From: Escherichia phage SME50
DNA: 64,000 bases
Sequence record: MT887289.1
Direction: 5' to 3' (one strand)
Shown: piece after piece, positions 10,596 to 20,683 of the stretch
How positions within the stretch are numbered: position 1 is the first letter of the stretch
Layout: every line of letters starts with the position of its first letter
The notes under the pieces: generated by a model
The model's input: only the letters and a program-made list of their open reading frames with translations
The model's database searches: none
Told to the model about the DNA's origin: nothing
Made by a program: the position numbers and the translations under genes

Positions 10596-10786
10596 TACTC
10601 AATATCAATAAGTTCTTGTGCAATGCTTTTCAGATTACCTTTCAAGAAAACCTTCTCAGAACCTGAAAGAGATGAATTGTCAATTAGCCTGTTCATTCTC
10701 TCAAACAACTTCTGCTTACGGTTCTTTATGGTTTCCTTTGAAGCACCTTTCATCATCGCTGCATGGGTTCTTCCACGGTGGCTCAT
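10577..10786 (-). CDS. small basic protein
   Basis: 69 aa; lies between the two paralogs. Confidence 0.35.
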   Translation of the reverse strand: MSHRGRTHAAMMKGASKETIKNRKQKLFERMNRLIDNSSLSGSEKVFLKGNLKSIAQELIDIEYWRHQK

Positions 10787-11001
10787 AGTAAACTCTCAAT
10801 ATTTACACGCTCACCTTTTAAGTAGCCTGTCTTATCTTTTGCGATTTTACCTCCAGCAATAAAGATATCTACTCTACGTAGAACTTCAGGGTTTACCTTC
10901 AAATTCCTACAGCTACTGCAAAGAACAATAAACATCCCTTCAATCTCTTTTTGAGAATAACCTGCACATTGCAACTGAACTTCAATCTCTGAAAGTGTCA
11001 T
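10783..11001 (-). CDS. small protein, paralog B
   Basis: 72 aa; paralogous to 10368..10595. Confidence 0.45.
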   Translation of the reverse strand: MTLSEIEVQLQCAGYSQKEIEGMFIVLCSSCRNLKVNPEVLRRVDIFIAGGKIAKDKTGYLKGERVNIESLL

Positions 11002-11062
11002 GTGACCTCCTATACAAGATATAGTATAAGGTACTCTTCCATGAGCACCTTGTCAATACTAA

Positions 11063-13792
11063 TTAGTGTACTTCAAGCCAGCTTTTGCCAACCTTACCAG
11101 TGCCTGTAACAAGCGTTTCTTTCTTAAGACCTAAGTTTTTAGAAGCTTGTCCATAATACCAGTCAGTAACTGCTTTCACATCTGCCGTCATACTTTCTGG
11201 ACATTCCCAACTCGTCTCATCGTGATATGCGCAGAGCAAACGAGCACCAATAGCTGGTTGACGACCATTCAACTTCATCAAACCTTCATCAATCATACGA
11301 CGACAAGCAAGGTTGATTGCCTCATTTTGAATCTGAGCCTCTGAACCCATCAAAAGATAGTTCAACAGTTTGTGTGGAGATTTACACCACAACCAAGCTC
11401 CAGCAACCTTTACAAAACCCCCTTTAGAGATTGCAGCAGTTTTACCAAACACCTCTTCAAGTGCCTTTTTAGTTGCTTTGTAGTCAGCTTCCAAGTCATC
11501 TAGCAACTTCTTAATTTTAGGCAAACGAATAAAGTAAGTCTGTTTAGTCAGTGCACCTTCCTGAGTAGTTGCAGCTTTAATCGTCTTAGCAAACTTCTCA
11601 TCACCTGCACCGAACAGTAGTGCATAGATACCATTCTTAGCTTTCTTACGACCCTTGCTAATCTCATGGAGAAGGTTCTCATCCTGAGTAGCTCGACAAG
11701 TCAAGATATCCTGCTCATCATTCAAGCTAAAGTAAATACTGTTCAGTGTGTGTGCATCAGTCCCTGAATAGACAACGTAAAGGTCGTTCTCAGAGTCATA
11801 GCGAAGGTACTTATCAATCTCTGGGTTGAGGTACTCATCAAAGTGTTTGCAGTAATAGCGTCCATCTTCTTGACGAATAAACTCAATCTCTTCTTTACCT
11901 TGCGTTACCGCTTTGGTGAAGTCTTTGTCACCCATAAAGTTACAAAGAAGAACTAGCTGGGCTGAGTTCATGTCTACAGAGACAACGTTAGTACCTTCCT
12001 CACAAATCCATACTGCCCTCATTGGTTCCCCATAGACAGCAGCACCAGACGGTACGTTTACAATACCATACTGTGTCATACGTCCAGTTGAAGTACCAAA
12101 TACCATTGCACCAGCACTAAGGCGACCATCAGGACGAATCTGGTTCAACCAACCTTTTTCATCATCCTTTGAGTTCTCAATAGTTCTGCGTCGGTGCATC
12201 AAAGTATAGTATTTCGCAATCTTCTGTCCAAGCTCACCCTCAATCGTATCATAAGATGATTCAGTGAGTTTTGGTGAAGTACGGATTAAGCAAGGCTCAA
12301 GCAAATCTGTGTATTTCTTCACAGACCAGTTATGCTCGATGTACTGAACACCCTCGTGTTCAACATAACTCAAACCACACCGTTCCACCATCTCCTGCCA
12401 CTTAGGATGCTTTGTAATCATCTTTTTGTTATCTTTGAAACGACAAACTTTGACAGGACGACCGTCAGAGTCTTTCTTGTAGTTCCAGTCATCTGGAATC
12501 CAACCAACTGATTTCAAGTAGTCTTTAACAACTGCTACCTGAGTCATACGAGAAACTTCGAACTCAATTGGTGTATATGGTGCATCAATCAAACCTGTGT
12601 AGCGACTTGACTCAAGCTCAAAGTGGTTAACGACATGGCTGTTATAGTACTTCACAGTTTTAACTGTTTTTACTGGCTTCCAGTCTTTGCACTTCTTACC
12701 AATCTTTGCATTCAACTCATTGCAAATTGCACGAGCATCCTTCATTGCTACAAAACCCTCCTTGTACTCTTCACCAGTTACAGAGTTGGTTGGTGTATAG
12801 CAATTCCGCTTTTCAATGTTAAAAATCTTTGTAGTTGGCTTACCAAATGGCTTGATTTCGTATGTCTGCATCTCACCGTTACGTACCTGTTGACGATACT
12901 TTGTCTTAGGGTACTTGGTAATTCTCTTCAATCCATCTGCATGACCGAATGCTTCAACATACTCATTCCAAGCTTTTGCAAACTCTTCTCCAGTGACTTT
13001 ACCTTTGGTCTTAATAGTTGGAGGAAGATGTGGTTCAACCTCTGAAGCAAGCTCGTTAGTCAACTTGTCAAGTTCCTTTACATGAAACTCCATAAGCTCT
13101 TTATCAGCTTTCCAACCATTGATAGCCTGTTGACTCATCCAGAAAGATGTTTCTTTAGCTCGCATGTAGGTTTCATAAGTGTCTATGCCACACTTCTTCA
13201 GCTTGAGATATTCATTGTCCAGTGCACGTTTAGTTTTGGCGTTAATACGGATATCTTCCACAACACGAGTGAAGATTTCTGCATTCCACACACCCCAATG
13301 TTCAATCTCTGGTTTACGTACACCAACACGAGCACCCCATGCTGCCAAGCCATGAGCACCTTTATAACCTTTTGGAGTTGGTCTATCCATCCACTGAACA
13401 CGAGACTGGATAAGAGAATCCTGAAAGAAATTACTCCACGGCTTACACTTTGGATTATCAAAGTTCCACAAATCAGGTGCAATGTGATTGAAAACCCACC
13501 AGTCATACCCCAGACCATTATGGATGCAAAGTCGTTTTGCCTTTAACGCAAACTCAATACCTTCACGCAAACCACCCTTAATGTACTTGGTATACTTGTG
13601 ACCGAGGATAGGTTCATCTGTAAAGACCCATACAGGCGGCTCTTCATCGTCAGATTTATAGTCTGCGAAAGCCATTACGTGCACTTTAGTGAACTCAAGG
13701 AGTAAACCATCAGTTTCTGTATCACCAACTAAATGTAAGTTTTTAAAATCTACGTTTTCCATTTTTACTCCCTCTAAAATCATTAACCTCAT
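11063..13792 (-). CDS. DNA polymerase, family A, with N-terminal 3'-5' exonuclease
   Basis: 909 aa; Exo I motif DTETDGL at N-terminus; Pol A motifs: SVDMNSAQLVLL (A), KNGIYALLFGAG (B), YHDE (C). Confidence 0.9.
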   Translation of the reverse strand: MRLMILEGVKMENVDFKNLHLVGDTETDGLLLEFTKVHVMAFADYKSDDEEPPVWVFTDEPILGHKYTKYIKGGLREGIEFALKAKRLCIHNGLGYDWWVFNHIAPDLWNFDNPKCKPWSNFFQDSLIQSRVQWMDRPTPKGYKGAHGLAAWGARVGVRKPEIEHWGVWNAEIFTRVVEDIRINAKTKRALDNEYLKLKKCGIDTYETYMRAKETSFWMSQQAINGWKADKELMEFHVKELDKLTNELASEVEPHLPPTIKTKGKVTGEEFAKAWNEYVEAFGHADGLKRITKYPKTKYRQQVRNGEMQTYEIKPFGKPTTKIFNIEKRNCYTPTNSVTGEEYKEGFVAMKDARAICNELNAKIGKKCKDWKPVKTVKTVKYYNSHVVNHFELESSRYTGLIDAPYTPIEFEVSRMTQVAVVKDYLKSVGWIPDDWNYKKDSDGRPVKVCRFKDNKKMITKHPKWQEMVERCGLSYVEHEGVQYIEHNWSVKKYTDLLEPCLIRTSPKLTESSYDTIEGELGQKIAKYYTLMHRRRTIENSKDDEKGWLNQIRPDGRLSAGAMVFGTSTGRMTQYGIVNVPSGAAVYGEPMRAVWICEEGTNVVSVDMNSAQLVLLCNFMGDKDFTKAVTQGKEEIEFIRQEDGRYYCKHFDEYLNPEIDKYLRYDSENDLYVVYSGTDAHTLNSIYFSLNDEQDILTCRATQDENLLHEISKGRKKAKNGIYALLFGAGDEKFAKTIKAATTQEGALTKQTYFIRLPKIKKLLDDLEADYKATKKALEEVFGKTAAISKGGFVKVAGAWLWCKSPHKLLNYLLMGSEAQIQNEAINLACRRMIDEGLMKLNGRQPAIGARLLCAYHDETSWECPESMTADVKAVTDWYYGQASKNLGLKKETLVTGTGKVGKSWLEVH

Positions 13793-13821
13793 ACATTACT
13801 GCAAAAAATTATAAAAAGCAA

Positions 13822-13883
13822 GTTGACAATGTGCTTGACAAGGTGTTAATCTTTGCGAAGTGGGTTTTTACTTAAAAGGTTAC
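13822..13883 (+). promoter_or_regulatory. conserved early-promoter/regulatory motif
   Basis: gttgacaatgtgcttgacaaggtgt followed about 25 nt later by acttaaaaggtt; near-identical copy at 61222..61282; divergent intergenic region. Confidence 0.5.
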
Positions 13884-14019
13884 TTAACAGTTTAACTATA
13901 CAGATACTTTAAAACTCTTAAAAGATTATTTAATAGCTTTTAAAAAGCTTTAAAGTATAACGTATAGAATACGTTAAGATAAAAGATTAAAACTTAATAG
14001 TTACTTAAAAGAGGCTTAC

Positions 14020-14442
14020 ATGCAGAAAATGTTTGTTCACCCAGACATAGCTGACTTTGTTAGAGCTTTGCAGAAGTTGGAAGAACTTGACATTGCTGCT
14101 CAACGGGAATATGCTCACCATCACAGGAGAATGGTTGATATACAACATGAAATAGAGTTGTCTGAAAACTATGAAGATGACTTAAAATGCTCTGTGTTTG
14201 AGCACATGAAAGATGTTGCTACAGCGAGACGTAAAGCTAAAGACACAGTTGCTTTACTAGATTCTCTTAAAAAGAGGTTGCAAAGTGGTACAGACCTGTG
14301 TAATCTAGCGTCACTGATTAACGATGTTGAAACTTCTTGGGATAGACATTACTATCCACGTTCTGAAAAGACACTTGACTTTTCTTCATCAGAAAACTTA
14401 AAATGTTCTAGAAAGAAACTTAACCAACTGAGAGAGAAATAA
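14020..14442 (+). CDS. hypothetical protein
   Basis: 140 aa; first gene after promoter region. Confidence 0.5.
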   Translation: MQKMFVHPDIADFVRALQKLEELDIAAQREYAHHHRRMVDIQHEIELSENYEDDLKCSVFEHMKDVATARRKAKDTVALLDSLKKRLQSGTDLCNLASLINDVETSWDRHYYPRSEKTLDFSSSENLKCSRKKLNQLREK

Positions 14443-14443
14443 T

Positions 14444-15256
14444 ATGAATACTACTGTAGACCAGATGCTTGAAGAAAAAGGTATTGACGAAGCATTCTTA
14501 ATCAATGCCGTAGAAAGCATGGCTATGATTCTTCGTGGAAACAACTACACAGAACAGTTTATGCCTGCAAGCTATAACTTGCCTAAAGACAAGTCTGATA
14601 ACGGTGCTTTTGCAGAACAGGTTAATATGATGCTGTGTGATAAAACACTTGCTTTAGCATCTATCGTTGTAGGTGTTGATGCTCTTGCAGAGTTCATTTT
14701 CTATGAGATGCAGAAAAATGACTATATTGCCATGACCTCTGAAGAAAAAGACTCGCTACTGCTCTTAGGTTATGATGAGCTAGTTGACCTGTTAATTTCG
14801 TCAACAAGTGCTGTTATGGCTGCTCTTGAGAAGCGAATGGAAGAGAAGCTGTCACGATATGAAAAACTTGATTGGGGTGTAGAAGAGTTAAACCCACGAA
14901 TCAAAGAGATTATCCAGCAAACTAAAGACTCTTTAGCAGAAGCTGTGAAAGATGATTCTGTAGCTGATGTAGAACCACTACAGGTGAAGGTTGCTCTGAT
15001 GATTCCAGCTATCTCTACAATGATGAATATCGTTGCACTAATCCAACTTTCTCAGATGTTGGGTGTAACCATTGAGTTTGTTGAGGAGATGACTGGTGGT
15101 GTCAGTATGCAAGCAATCAATGATGTTTTGGTAAACATTGGCGCTTCAATCATTGAAGAGAAGCTTCGCATTAACTTTGGTGACGATTTTGTGAAGCAAG
15201 TCTCAGCTATGGCTGAAAAAGAGTATTCACAGATTACTAGTGACCAACTGCACTAA
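14444..15256 (+). CDS. hypothetical protein
   Basis: 270 aa; acidic. Confidence 0.5.
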   Translation: MNTTVDQMLEEKGIDEAFLINAVESMAMILRGNNYTEQFMPASYNLPKDKSDNGAFAEQVNMMLCDKTLALASIVVGVDALAEFIFYEMQKNDYIAMTSEEKDSLLLLGYDELVDLLISSTSAVMAALEKRMEEKLSRYEKLDWGVEELNPRIKEIIQQTKDSLAEAVKDDSVADVEPLQVKVALMIPAISTMMNIVALIQLSQMLGVTIEFVEEMTGGVSMQAINDVLVNIGASIIEEKLRINFGDDFVKQVSAMAEKEYSQITSDQLH

Positions 15257-15274
15257 GTCTTTATAAATCTTACA

Positions 15275-15299
15275 AGCCTCCTTAGTTGGGGGCTTTTTA
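15275..15299 (+). terminator. putative intrinsic terminator
   Basis: agcctccttagttgggggct plus ttttt. Confidence 0.45.
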
Positions 15300-15317
15300 G
15301 TAATTAAGGGAGACAAA

Positions 15318-16061
15318 ATGAGTAATATTATCGCATTTACTGGAAAGGCACGTTCTGGAAAAGATACCTCATGCTCTATTGTTAAGAATATCCTAGAAGA
15401 TGAGTATGGCTACAATGTTGCAGTGATGGCCTATGCAGACAATCTTAAACTTTCTGCATCAAAGATATTTGACTTGACATGGAATGACCTGTACGGCGAA
15501 ACTAAAGAGACTCCACAGGTTTTTGATTTATCATACTCTGAACTTATGTTCAAAGTTACGGAAGCTATGGAGTTCACCTTCAGAGATGAACGTTACCATA
15601 TGGACTTTAAGCTTATGTCAGAGTTAACCGGACGATTAATTATGGAACTTAAGAAGGTCGCTAAACCGACTCTATTGACACGTCTGGGATTTAGCAAAAA
15701 GTATAAATTCTCATCAAGACAAATTCAACAGATTTGGGGCACTGAAGTAATCCGTAAAGTTATGGGTGACAAGTTCTGGTCTAAAGACCTTGAAAAAAGA
15801 ATGGTAAACTTCTTTGACGTTTGCTCACTTAGGAATCAAGAAGGTGTTGTTTTAATCAGTGACTTAAGGTTTGACTCTGAAGCTGAGTGGCTGAGCAGAT
15901 TTGCACACCAAACTATTGAAGTAAAAAGAGACAATGTGGACAAGGTTTCATCACATGTTTCAGAAAATGGAATTTCTACCAAATATGCGCGTGACATTAT
16001 CCATAATAATGGTACTCTTGAAGACCTTGAAAGCAAGCTAAGAGCTATCCTGAAAATTTAA
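15318..16061 (+). CDS. deoxynucleoside monophosphate kinase
   Basis: 247 aa; N-terminal P-loop IIAFTGKARSGKDT resembling T4 gp1-type dNMP kinase. Confidence 0.6.
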   Translation: MSNIIAFTGKARSGKDTSCSIVKNILEDEYGYNVAVMAYADNLKLSASKIFDLTWNDLYGETKETPQVFDLSYSELMFKVTEAMEFTFRDERYHMDFKLMSELTGRLIMELKKVAKPTLLTRLGFSKKYKFSSRQIQQIWGTEVIRKVMGDKFWSKDLEKRMVNFFDVCSLRNQEGVVLISDLRFDSEAEWLSRFAHQTIEVKRDNVDKVSSHVSENGISTKYARDIIHNNGTLEDLESKLRAILKI

Positions 16062-16069
16062 AAGAGAGA

Positions 16070-16270
16070 ATGAAGATGAGAGTAAAAGATAATTTTAAAG
16101 TTATTGACCATCGTTTAGTGGAACTCTCATCTCTTTCCAATGAGGTAATGATTGAACGTCTTAAGAGAGTTGAATCACGAAGGAAAGAGATTGCAGACGA
16201 AATCCATGAACTGGACAAGATTGAAAATGGATTGAAGGCAGAACTACAACGAAGAGGTGCTAATGTCTAA
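16070..16270 (+). CDS. hypothetical coiled-coil protein
   Basis: 66 aa. Confidence 0.4.
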   Translation: MKMRVKDNFKVIDHRLVELSSLSNEVMIERLKRVESRRKEIADEIHELDKIENGLKAELQRRGANV

Positions 16271-18248
16271 AGGTCGTAAATTGAAAGAGGCTGGTCAGTT
16301 TATTGGTCATTGTGCATGTCCACGTTGTGGTTCATCAGATGCTGGTTCAATCTACCACCATGACGATGATTCTTATTCGATGACTTGCTTTAGCTGTAAC
16401 AAAGGTTTCCCAGAGTGGGATTTTGATAAAGGACAAATCGTGAGCACTTATTCTACTGGTTCAGATAATAAAAACCGTACTTTCCGTGGAATGGATTTAG
16501 ATGATGTAAAAGAAAACCTAGAAGCAATGGACTTGAAAGACAGGAAGATTCCTGCAAAAGTCCTTGAACGTTTAGGTATCAAGGTTGACATTGATAGTGA
16601 CGGTGAAATTGACGCACATTTCTATCCAACTTACAAACGTAATGAAGATGGTAAGCTAGAGCACGTCGGTTATCGTGTACGTCACCGTTACCCAGAAGAC
16701 CACCCAAAAGAACATCTACGCGGTAAGTTAAAAGACTTTTCAGGTGGTGTTGGGGACATTAAAGGTGAACTGGCAATGTTCGGTTCATGGATTGCTCCAG
16801 AAGGTGGTAACCGTCTATTCATTTGGGAAGGTGAGATGGAATGTGCCACAGCAATCTACATGACTTCTCTGGCGATTAAAGATAAGTCTCGTCGTAAGAA
16901 TTACTGTCACGTATCTGTTCCATCAGGTGCAAACATTAAGTCTATCAAAGACAACTATCAGTACATTACATCATTTGATGAGATTTACTTGTGTTTTGAT
17001 AACGATGAGGCAGGTGCTAAAGCTACCAAAGAGGCTGCTGGTATCCTACCTATTGAGAAGGTTCGTTTATTCCAGTATCCAGAAGGCGTAAAAGACCTTA
17101 ACGAATGGTGGACAAAGTTCTATAAAGAGAAAGACACAGTTCTGGAAGGATTTAAACAGCGTATCTACAATGCACCTCGTTACTGCCCTGCTGGTATTAA
17201 GAACTTTGCAGATGGTTTTGAGGCAATGAAGAATCGTGGTCAGATTCCATTGATTCCCTTCCCAGAATCTTTCGGAGATTTGAACAGGTTGACTTATGGT
17301 GGTTACGGTTTAGGTGAGATTACAACTCTGGCAGCACCATCTTCAGTAGGTAAATCAGCATATACCCGTGAAATGATTTACACTGCTTGGAAGGAAACCG
17401 ATTACAATATTGGTGTAATTCCAGTTGAAGATACCTATGAAGAGTTGATGGAGATGCTCTGTGCAATTCATCTAAGCAAGCAGATTTCTGAGATTCCTTA
17501 TGACGAACGTGATTGGGATGAATTGAAGGAAGCACACGCAGAACTATCTAAAGGCCGTCGTATCCATATCGTTGACCATCAAGGGGCAATTGACCAAGAT
17601 AACCTGCTGGAATTTGTTGACTATCTTGTTAACAGCTTAGATTGCAAGATTATCATTCTTGACCCTATCACGTTGGCTCTGTCACGTTCAGATACGGATG
17701 AAGAGGAAGTTTTGTCTGAGCTATTGCGTCGTTGCAAACGCTACCAGTATGCACAGGTAAACGTATGTCACGTTCGTAAGAGTGCAGGTGGTCAGAAAGC
17801 TAACTCTGAAGGTGGAGATATCTCTGAAGAGGATATTAAGGGTTCTGGTGCATACTTCCAGATTTCCATGAACAACATTCTGTTAATGCGTAACAAGGTT
17901 GACCCAGACCCTGTTAAGAAAAACTTGACAAAAATCAAGTTAACTAAGTGTCGTCGTCATGGTAAGTCAACAGGTATTGCTGGTCATACTTGGTACAATC
18001 CAGATACAGGACGTCTTATCAAAGCTTCTGGATGTGGTGTTGACATTGATGGTGCAGCAGAAAATATTCGTCAACAGTTTGGTATTGGTGAAGCTGAAGA
18101 CCATTACGATGACTCTTTACCTCATTATGAGGATGAAGTGTTTGACCGTGAGACTGGTGAAGTCTATACTGAAGAACAGCGTCAAAGTTCAACAATTCCA
18201 CCTGTATTAAGCGAGGATGCAGATGACTGCCCGTTCGAAACTGAGTGA
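16257..18248 (+). CDS. DNA primase-helicase (T7 gp4-like)
   Basis: 663 aa; N-terminal Cys4 zinc ribbon (CPRCGS...CFSCN), TOPRIM-like region (EGEMECA...DNDEAG), Walker A GLGEITTLAAPSSVGKS. Confidence 0.85.
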   Translation: MLMSKGRKLKEAGQFIGHCACPRCGSSDAGSIYHHDDDSYSMTCFSCNKGFPEWDFDKGQIVSTYSTGSDNKNRTFRGMDLDDVKENLEAMDLKDRKIPAKVLERLGIKVDIDSDGEIDAHFYPTYKRNEDGKLEHVGYRVRHRYPEDHPKEHLRGKLKDFSGGVGDIKGELAMFGSWIAPEGGNRLFIWEGEMECATAIYMTSLAIKDKSRRKNYCHVSVPSGANIKSIKDNYQYITSFDEIYLCFDNDEAGAKATKEAAGILPIEKVRLFQYPEGVKDLNEWWTKFYKEKDTVLEGFKQRIYNAPRYCPAGIKNFADGFEAMKNRGQIPLIPFPESFGDLNRLTYGGYGLGEITTLAAPSSVGKSAYTREMIYTAWKETDYNIGVIPVEDTYEELMEMLCAIHLSKQISEIPYDERDWDELKEAHAELSKGRRIHIVDHQGAIDQDNLLEFVDYLVNSLDCKIIILDPITLALSRSDTDEEEVLSELLRRCKRYQYAQVNVCHVRKSAGGQKANSEGGDISEEDIKGSGAYFQISMNNILLMRNKVDPDPVKKNLTKIKLTKCRRHGKSTGIAGHTWYNPDTGRLIKASGCGVDIDGAAENIRQQFGIGEAEDHYDDSLPHYEDEVFDRETGEVYTEEQRQSSTIPPVLSEDADDCPFETE

Positions 18249-18504
18249 TAGTTATAAAAGAGAGGGGTTTATACCCTTCTTTGAAGAAAAAAGTTTAAAT
18301 AAATTTCAGGAAGAGTGTTTGACAAAGATTGATAGGTTCTATAGAATGCTCCTCATGAAATGCGATGGGGAGGTTGCTATAAAAGAAGATTCCTACCAAA
18401 GCACGATTACAGTCATCATTACACTGCCTCAGCATAATATTAGTTGGCTGTTTATAATTAAAGAAAATGTGTTTGAATATCAAGTATATCGGAGAATATC
18501 ATGA
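18217..18504 (+). CDS. hypothetical protein
   Basis: 95 aa; overlaps end of primase-helicase. Confidence 0.3.
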   Translation: MQMTARSKLSDSYKREGFIPFFEEKSLNKFQEECLTKIDRFYRMLLMKCDGEVAIKEDSYQSTITVIITLPQHNISWLFIIKENVFEYQVYRRIS

Positions 18505-18650
18505 AGCACTCTAAAGCATTTGAAAAAGTTTTTGGGGATTCCTTAAAAGCCACTGCTGGCAAACCAGCAAAATACTATGAAGAGAAGCGTGTAAGAACTG
18601 GAAAAACTGCACGCAAAGCAGCTTCTAAAGATAAGCACAACTTCCAGTAA
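18501..18650 (+). CDS. small basic protein (below ORF-track cutoff)
   Basis: 49 aa ORF, ATG at 18501 preceded by ggaga; Lys-rich. Confidence 0.3.
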   Translation: MKHSKAFEKVFGDSLKATAGKPAKYYEEKRVRTGKTARKAASKDKHNFQ

Positions 18651-18722
18651 TTAATGTTTGACAATAGAGTATCAACAAATTAGAATTGGTACTCTTCATA
18701 AATTGAGATAGAGGTTTAAATA

Positions 18723-19580
18723 ATGTCTAAAGTTGTTAAAATGAAAGCTCCGGTAGAGAAGTACAATGGTACTGAACGTCAAACTCTGCGTTACCTGCTG
18801 AAAGATGTTTGGTTTTATTATCTGAACACTTCACCACGTCCGGGAAAAGGTAAATCCATTGATAAGAAATTCCCAGGAAAAGACTGCAACTATAGTGTTT
18901 CAATTCTGGCAGAAGATGGTAACAAGCTGTTTAAAGAGTTTACTAAGTCTAAGAAAAACCCAGAAGGTTGGGATAAAGTTACTACTGAAGCAGTTGATGC
19001 AGATGACTTCGAAGAGAAGTTTGGTTGCAAACCACCATTTGAAGCAGACACTTACTACATCTTGAAAGTAAGTCGTGCAGCAGCTTATAAAGATGGTGCT
19101 GTGTGGACAGCTAAACAATCATTCCCTGTAATGCTGATTGAAGAAGTAAATGGTAAGCGTGTAGCTGTTAAACAGCCGATGAAGAAAATCAAAGCTCAAG
19201 CATCTGATAAGCATGAAGATGACAAGAACTATGATGTAATTCATCCAGATATTGCAGTTGGTAACGGTTCTTTTGGTAGTGTGATTCTTTCTACTCACTT
19301 CTACACCTTTGAGAACAATGTTCTGACAAAACCTATTCAGGAACAGTTTATCATTGATACTCTTGTACCTTACACTGGTGGTAACGGTGCTAACGGCGAA
19401 CCTGAACTGGATGAAGATGAACTGGCTATGCTTGGTCTTGATGGTGTTGAAGATAACGGTGAAATCACTGAAGAAGATGCAACAGACCACAAACCTTCGA
19501 ATGCTTCTGATGATGGTGATGATGAAGACTTGCCAGACCCAGATGATGAAGAAGATGAAGACTTCGATACAGAAGACTAA
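18723..19580 (+). CDS. putative ssDNA-binding protein
   Basis: 285 aa; strongly acidic C-terminal tail (DDGDDEDLPDPDDEEDEDFDTED) as in phage SSBs; located in replication cluster. Confidence 0.35.
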   Translation: MSKVVKMKAPVEKYNGTERQTLRYLLKDVWFYYLNTSPRPGKGKSIDKKFPGKDCNYSVSILAEDGNKLFKEFTKSKKNPEGWDKVTTEAVDADDFEEKFGCKPPFEADTYYILKVSRAAAYKDGAVWTAKQSFPVMLIEEVNGKRVAVKQPMKKIKAQASDKHEDDKNYDVIHPDIAVGNGSFGSVILSTHFYTFENNVLTKPIQEQFIIDTLVPYTGGNGANGEPELDEDELAMLGLDGVEDNGEITEEDATDHKPSNASDDGDDEDLPDPDDEEDEDFDTED

Positions 19581-19598
19581 TCTCTAAAAGTTACTTTA

Positions 19599-19628
19599 AA
19601 GCCCTGTACTTAGTATGGGGCTTTTTCA
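19599..19628 (+). terminator. putative intrinsic terminator
   Basis: aagccctgtacttagtatggggctt plus ttttt. Confidence 0.5.
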
Positions 19629-19642
19629 TATGGAGAGTCACA

Positions 19643-20683
19643 ATGGAGAAGTATACACTAACAAAACTTCCCGATTCAGTTACACATGTCTTTATTGACT
19701 CTGATAGTATTGCCTATAAAGGTGCTTGTGTAGTTGAGAAAGCAAAATATAAATACGTCAATAAACTCACAGCAGAAGAATCTGAACCATTTGATAATGC
19801 AAAAGATGCTGCAAGATGGTTAGCAGACCAGAGAATCCTTGTAGAAGAGCTTGGCCTAACATTTGATGAAGATGAATGGGAAAGACAGACTTGGAAAGAA
19901 GCTAAGAGTGAAAAAGAAGCTATCATGGCTACTCAGCAGGTTCTTCAGGAATGGCTTAAGGTTGTTGGTAAAGAAAGAACTTGGGTAGGTTACTTAACAG
20001 AGAAAGGTGTACATAAACATAAAGACGTTAAAGGTCTTGAGCACCAATATCAAGGTAACCGTAAAGATGCTGTCACACCAACACACTTAGTCGCTTGTCG
20101 TGAATATCTTTTATCCAGACCAGAGTTCAAACTCTTAAAGGGTGGATTCGAAGCTGATTCAATCGTAATTGCTAAAGCTGAAAAGATGGGTAAGAAAGCT
20201 GCTCTTATGAGTATTGACAAAGACCTTCGACAAGCTGAAGGGACTTATTGTATTGATATGACTTATGAAAAGTCACCACTAATTTTTATTGCTGATAATA
20301 ATGTTGGTGATATCTGGGATTGTCCTATCAAATCAAAACCAAAAGCTGCAAAAACAGTTGGTGTAGGTTTTAAATTTTTGTGTTATCAGGCTGTTGCTGG
20401 AGATAATGCAGACAACTACTTTGGCCTTAAAGGTGCTGGAAAAGTAGCTGTGATGAATGCTTTAGATGGTAAAGAGACTTATAAAGAGTGTCTTGATGCT
20501 ATCTATGAACTCTATGCTAAAAAAGAGTCTTATACCTATGTATCGTGGGATGGACAGACTGTTACCAAAACACCATTAGAGTTAATGGAACAGCATTTCT
20601 GGATAGCATATCAAGAGAGAAATCCAAAAGATAATTTCTCTTTTAAGAAATATAATTGGGAGCCGTGTATGAATGAAGATTAA
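19643..20683 (+). CDS. putative 5'-3' exonuclease / flap endonuclease (RNase H-like)
   Basis: 346 aa; acidic clusters FIDSDS, GFEADS, SIDKD and H3TH-like GLKGAGKVAVMNAL. Confidence 0.45.
   Translation: MEKYTLTKLPDSVTHVFIDSDSIAYKGACVVEKAKYKYVNKLTAEESEPFDNAKDAARWLADQRILVEELGLTFDEDEWERQTWKEAKSEKEAIMATQQVLQEWLKVVGKERTWVGYLTEKGVHKHKDVKGLEHQYQGNRKDAVTPTHLVACREYLLSRPEFKLLKGGFEADSIVIAKAEKMGKKAALMSIDKDLRQAEGTYCIDMTYEKSPLIFIADNNVGDIWDCPIKSKPKAAKTVGVGFKFLCYQAVAGDNADNYFGLKGAGKVAVMNALDGKETYKECLDAIYELYAKKESYTYVSWDGQTVTKTPLELMEQHFWIAYQERNPKDNFSFKKYNWEPCMNED

Noticed and set aside
11147-13546. Plus-strand ORFs (11147..11344, 12623..13045, 13082..13546) and minus ORF 13198..13518 within the DNA polymerase gene
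   Set aside because: Embedded in or antisense to a 909-aa polymerase with intact catalytic motifs; low-complexity hydrophobic translations typical of antisense artefacts.
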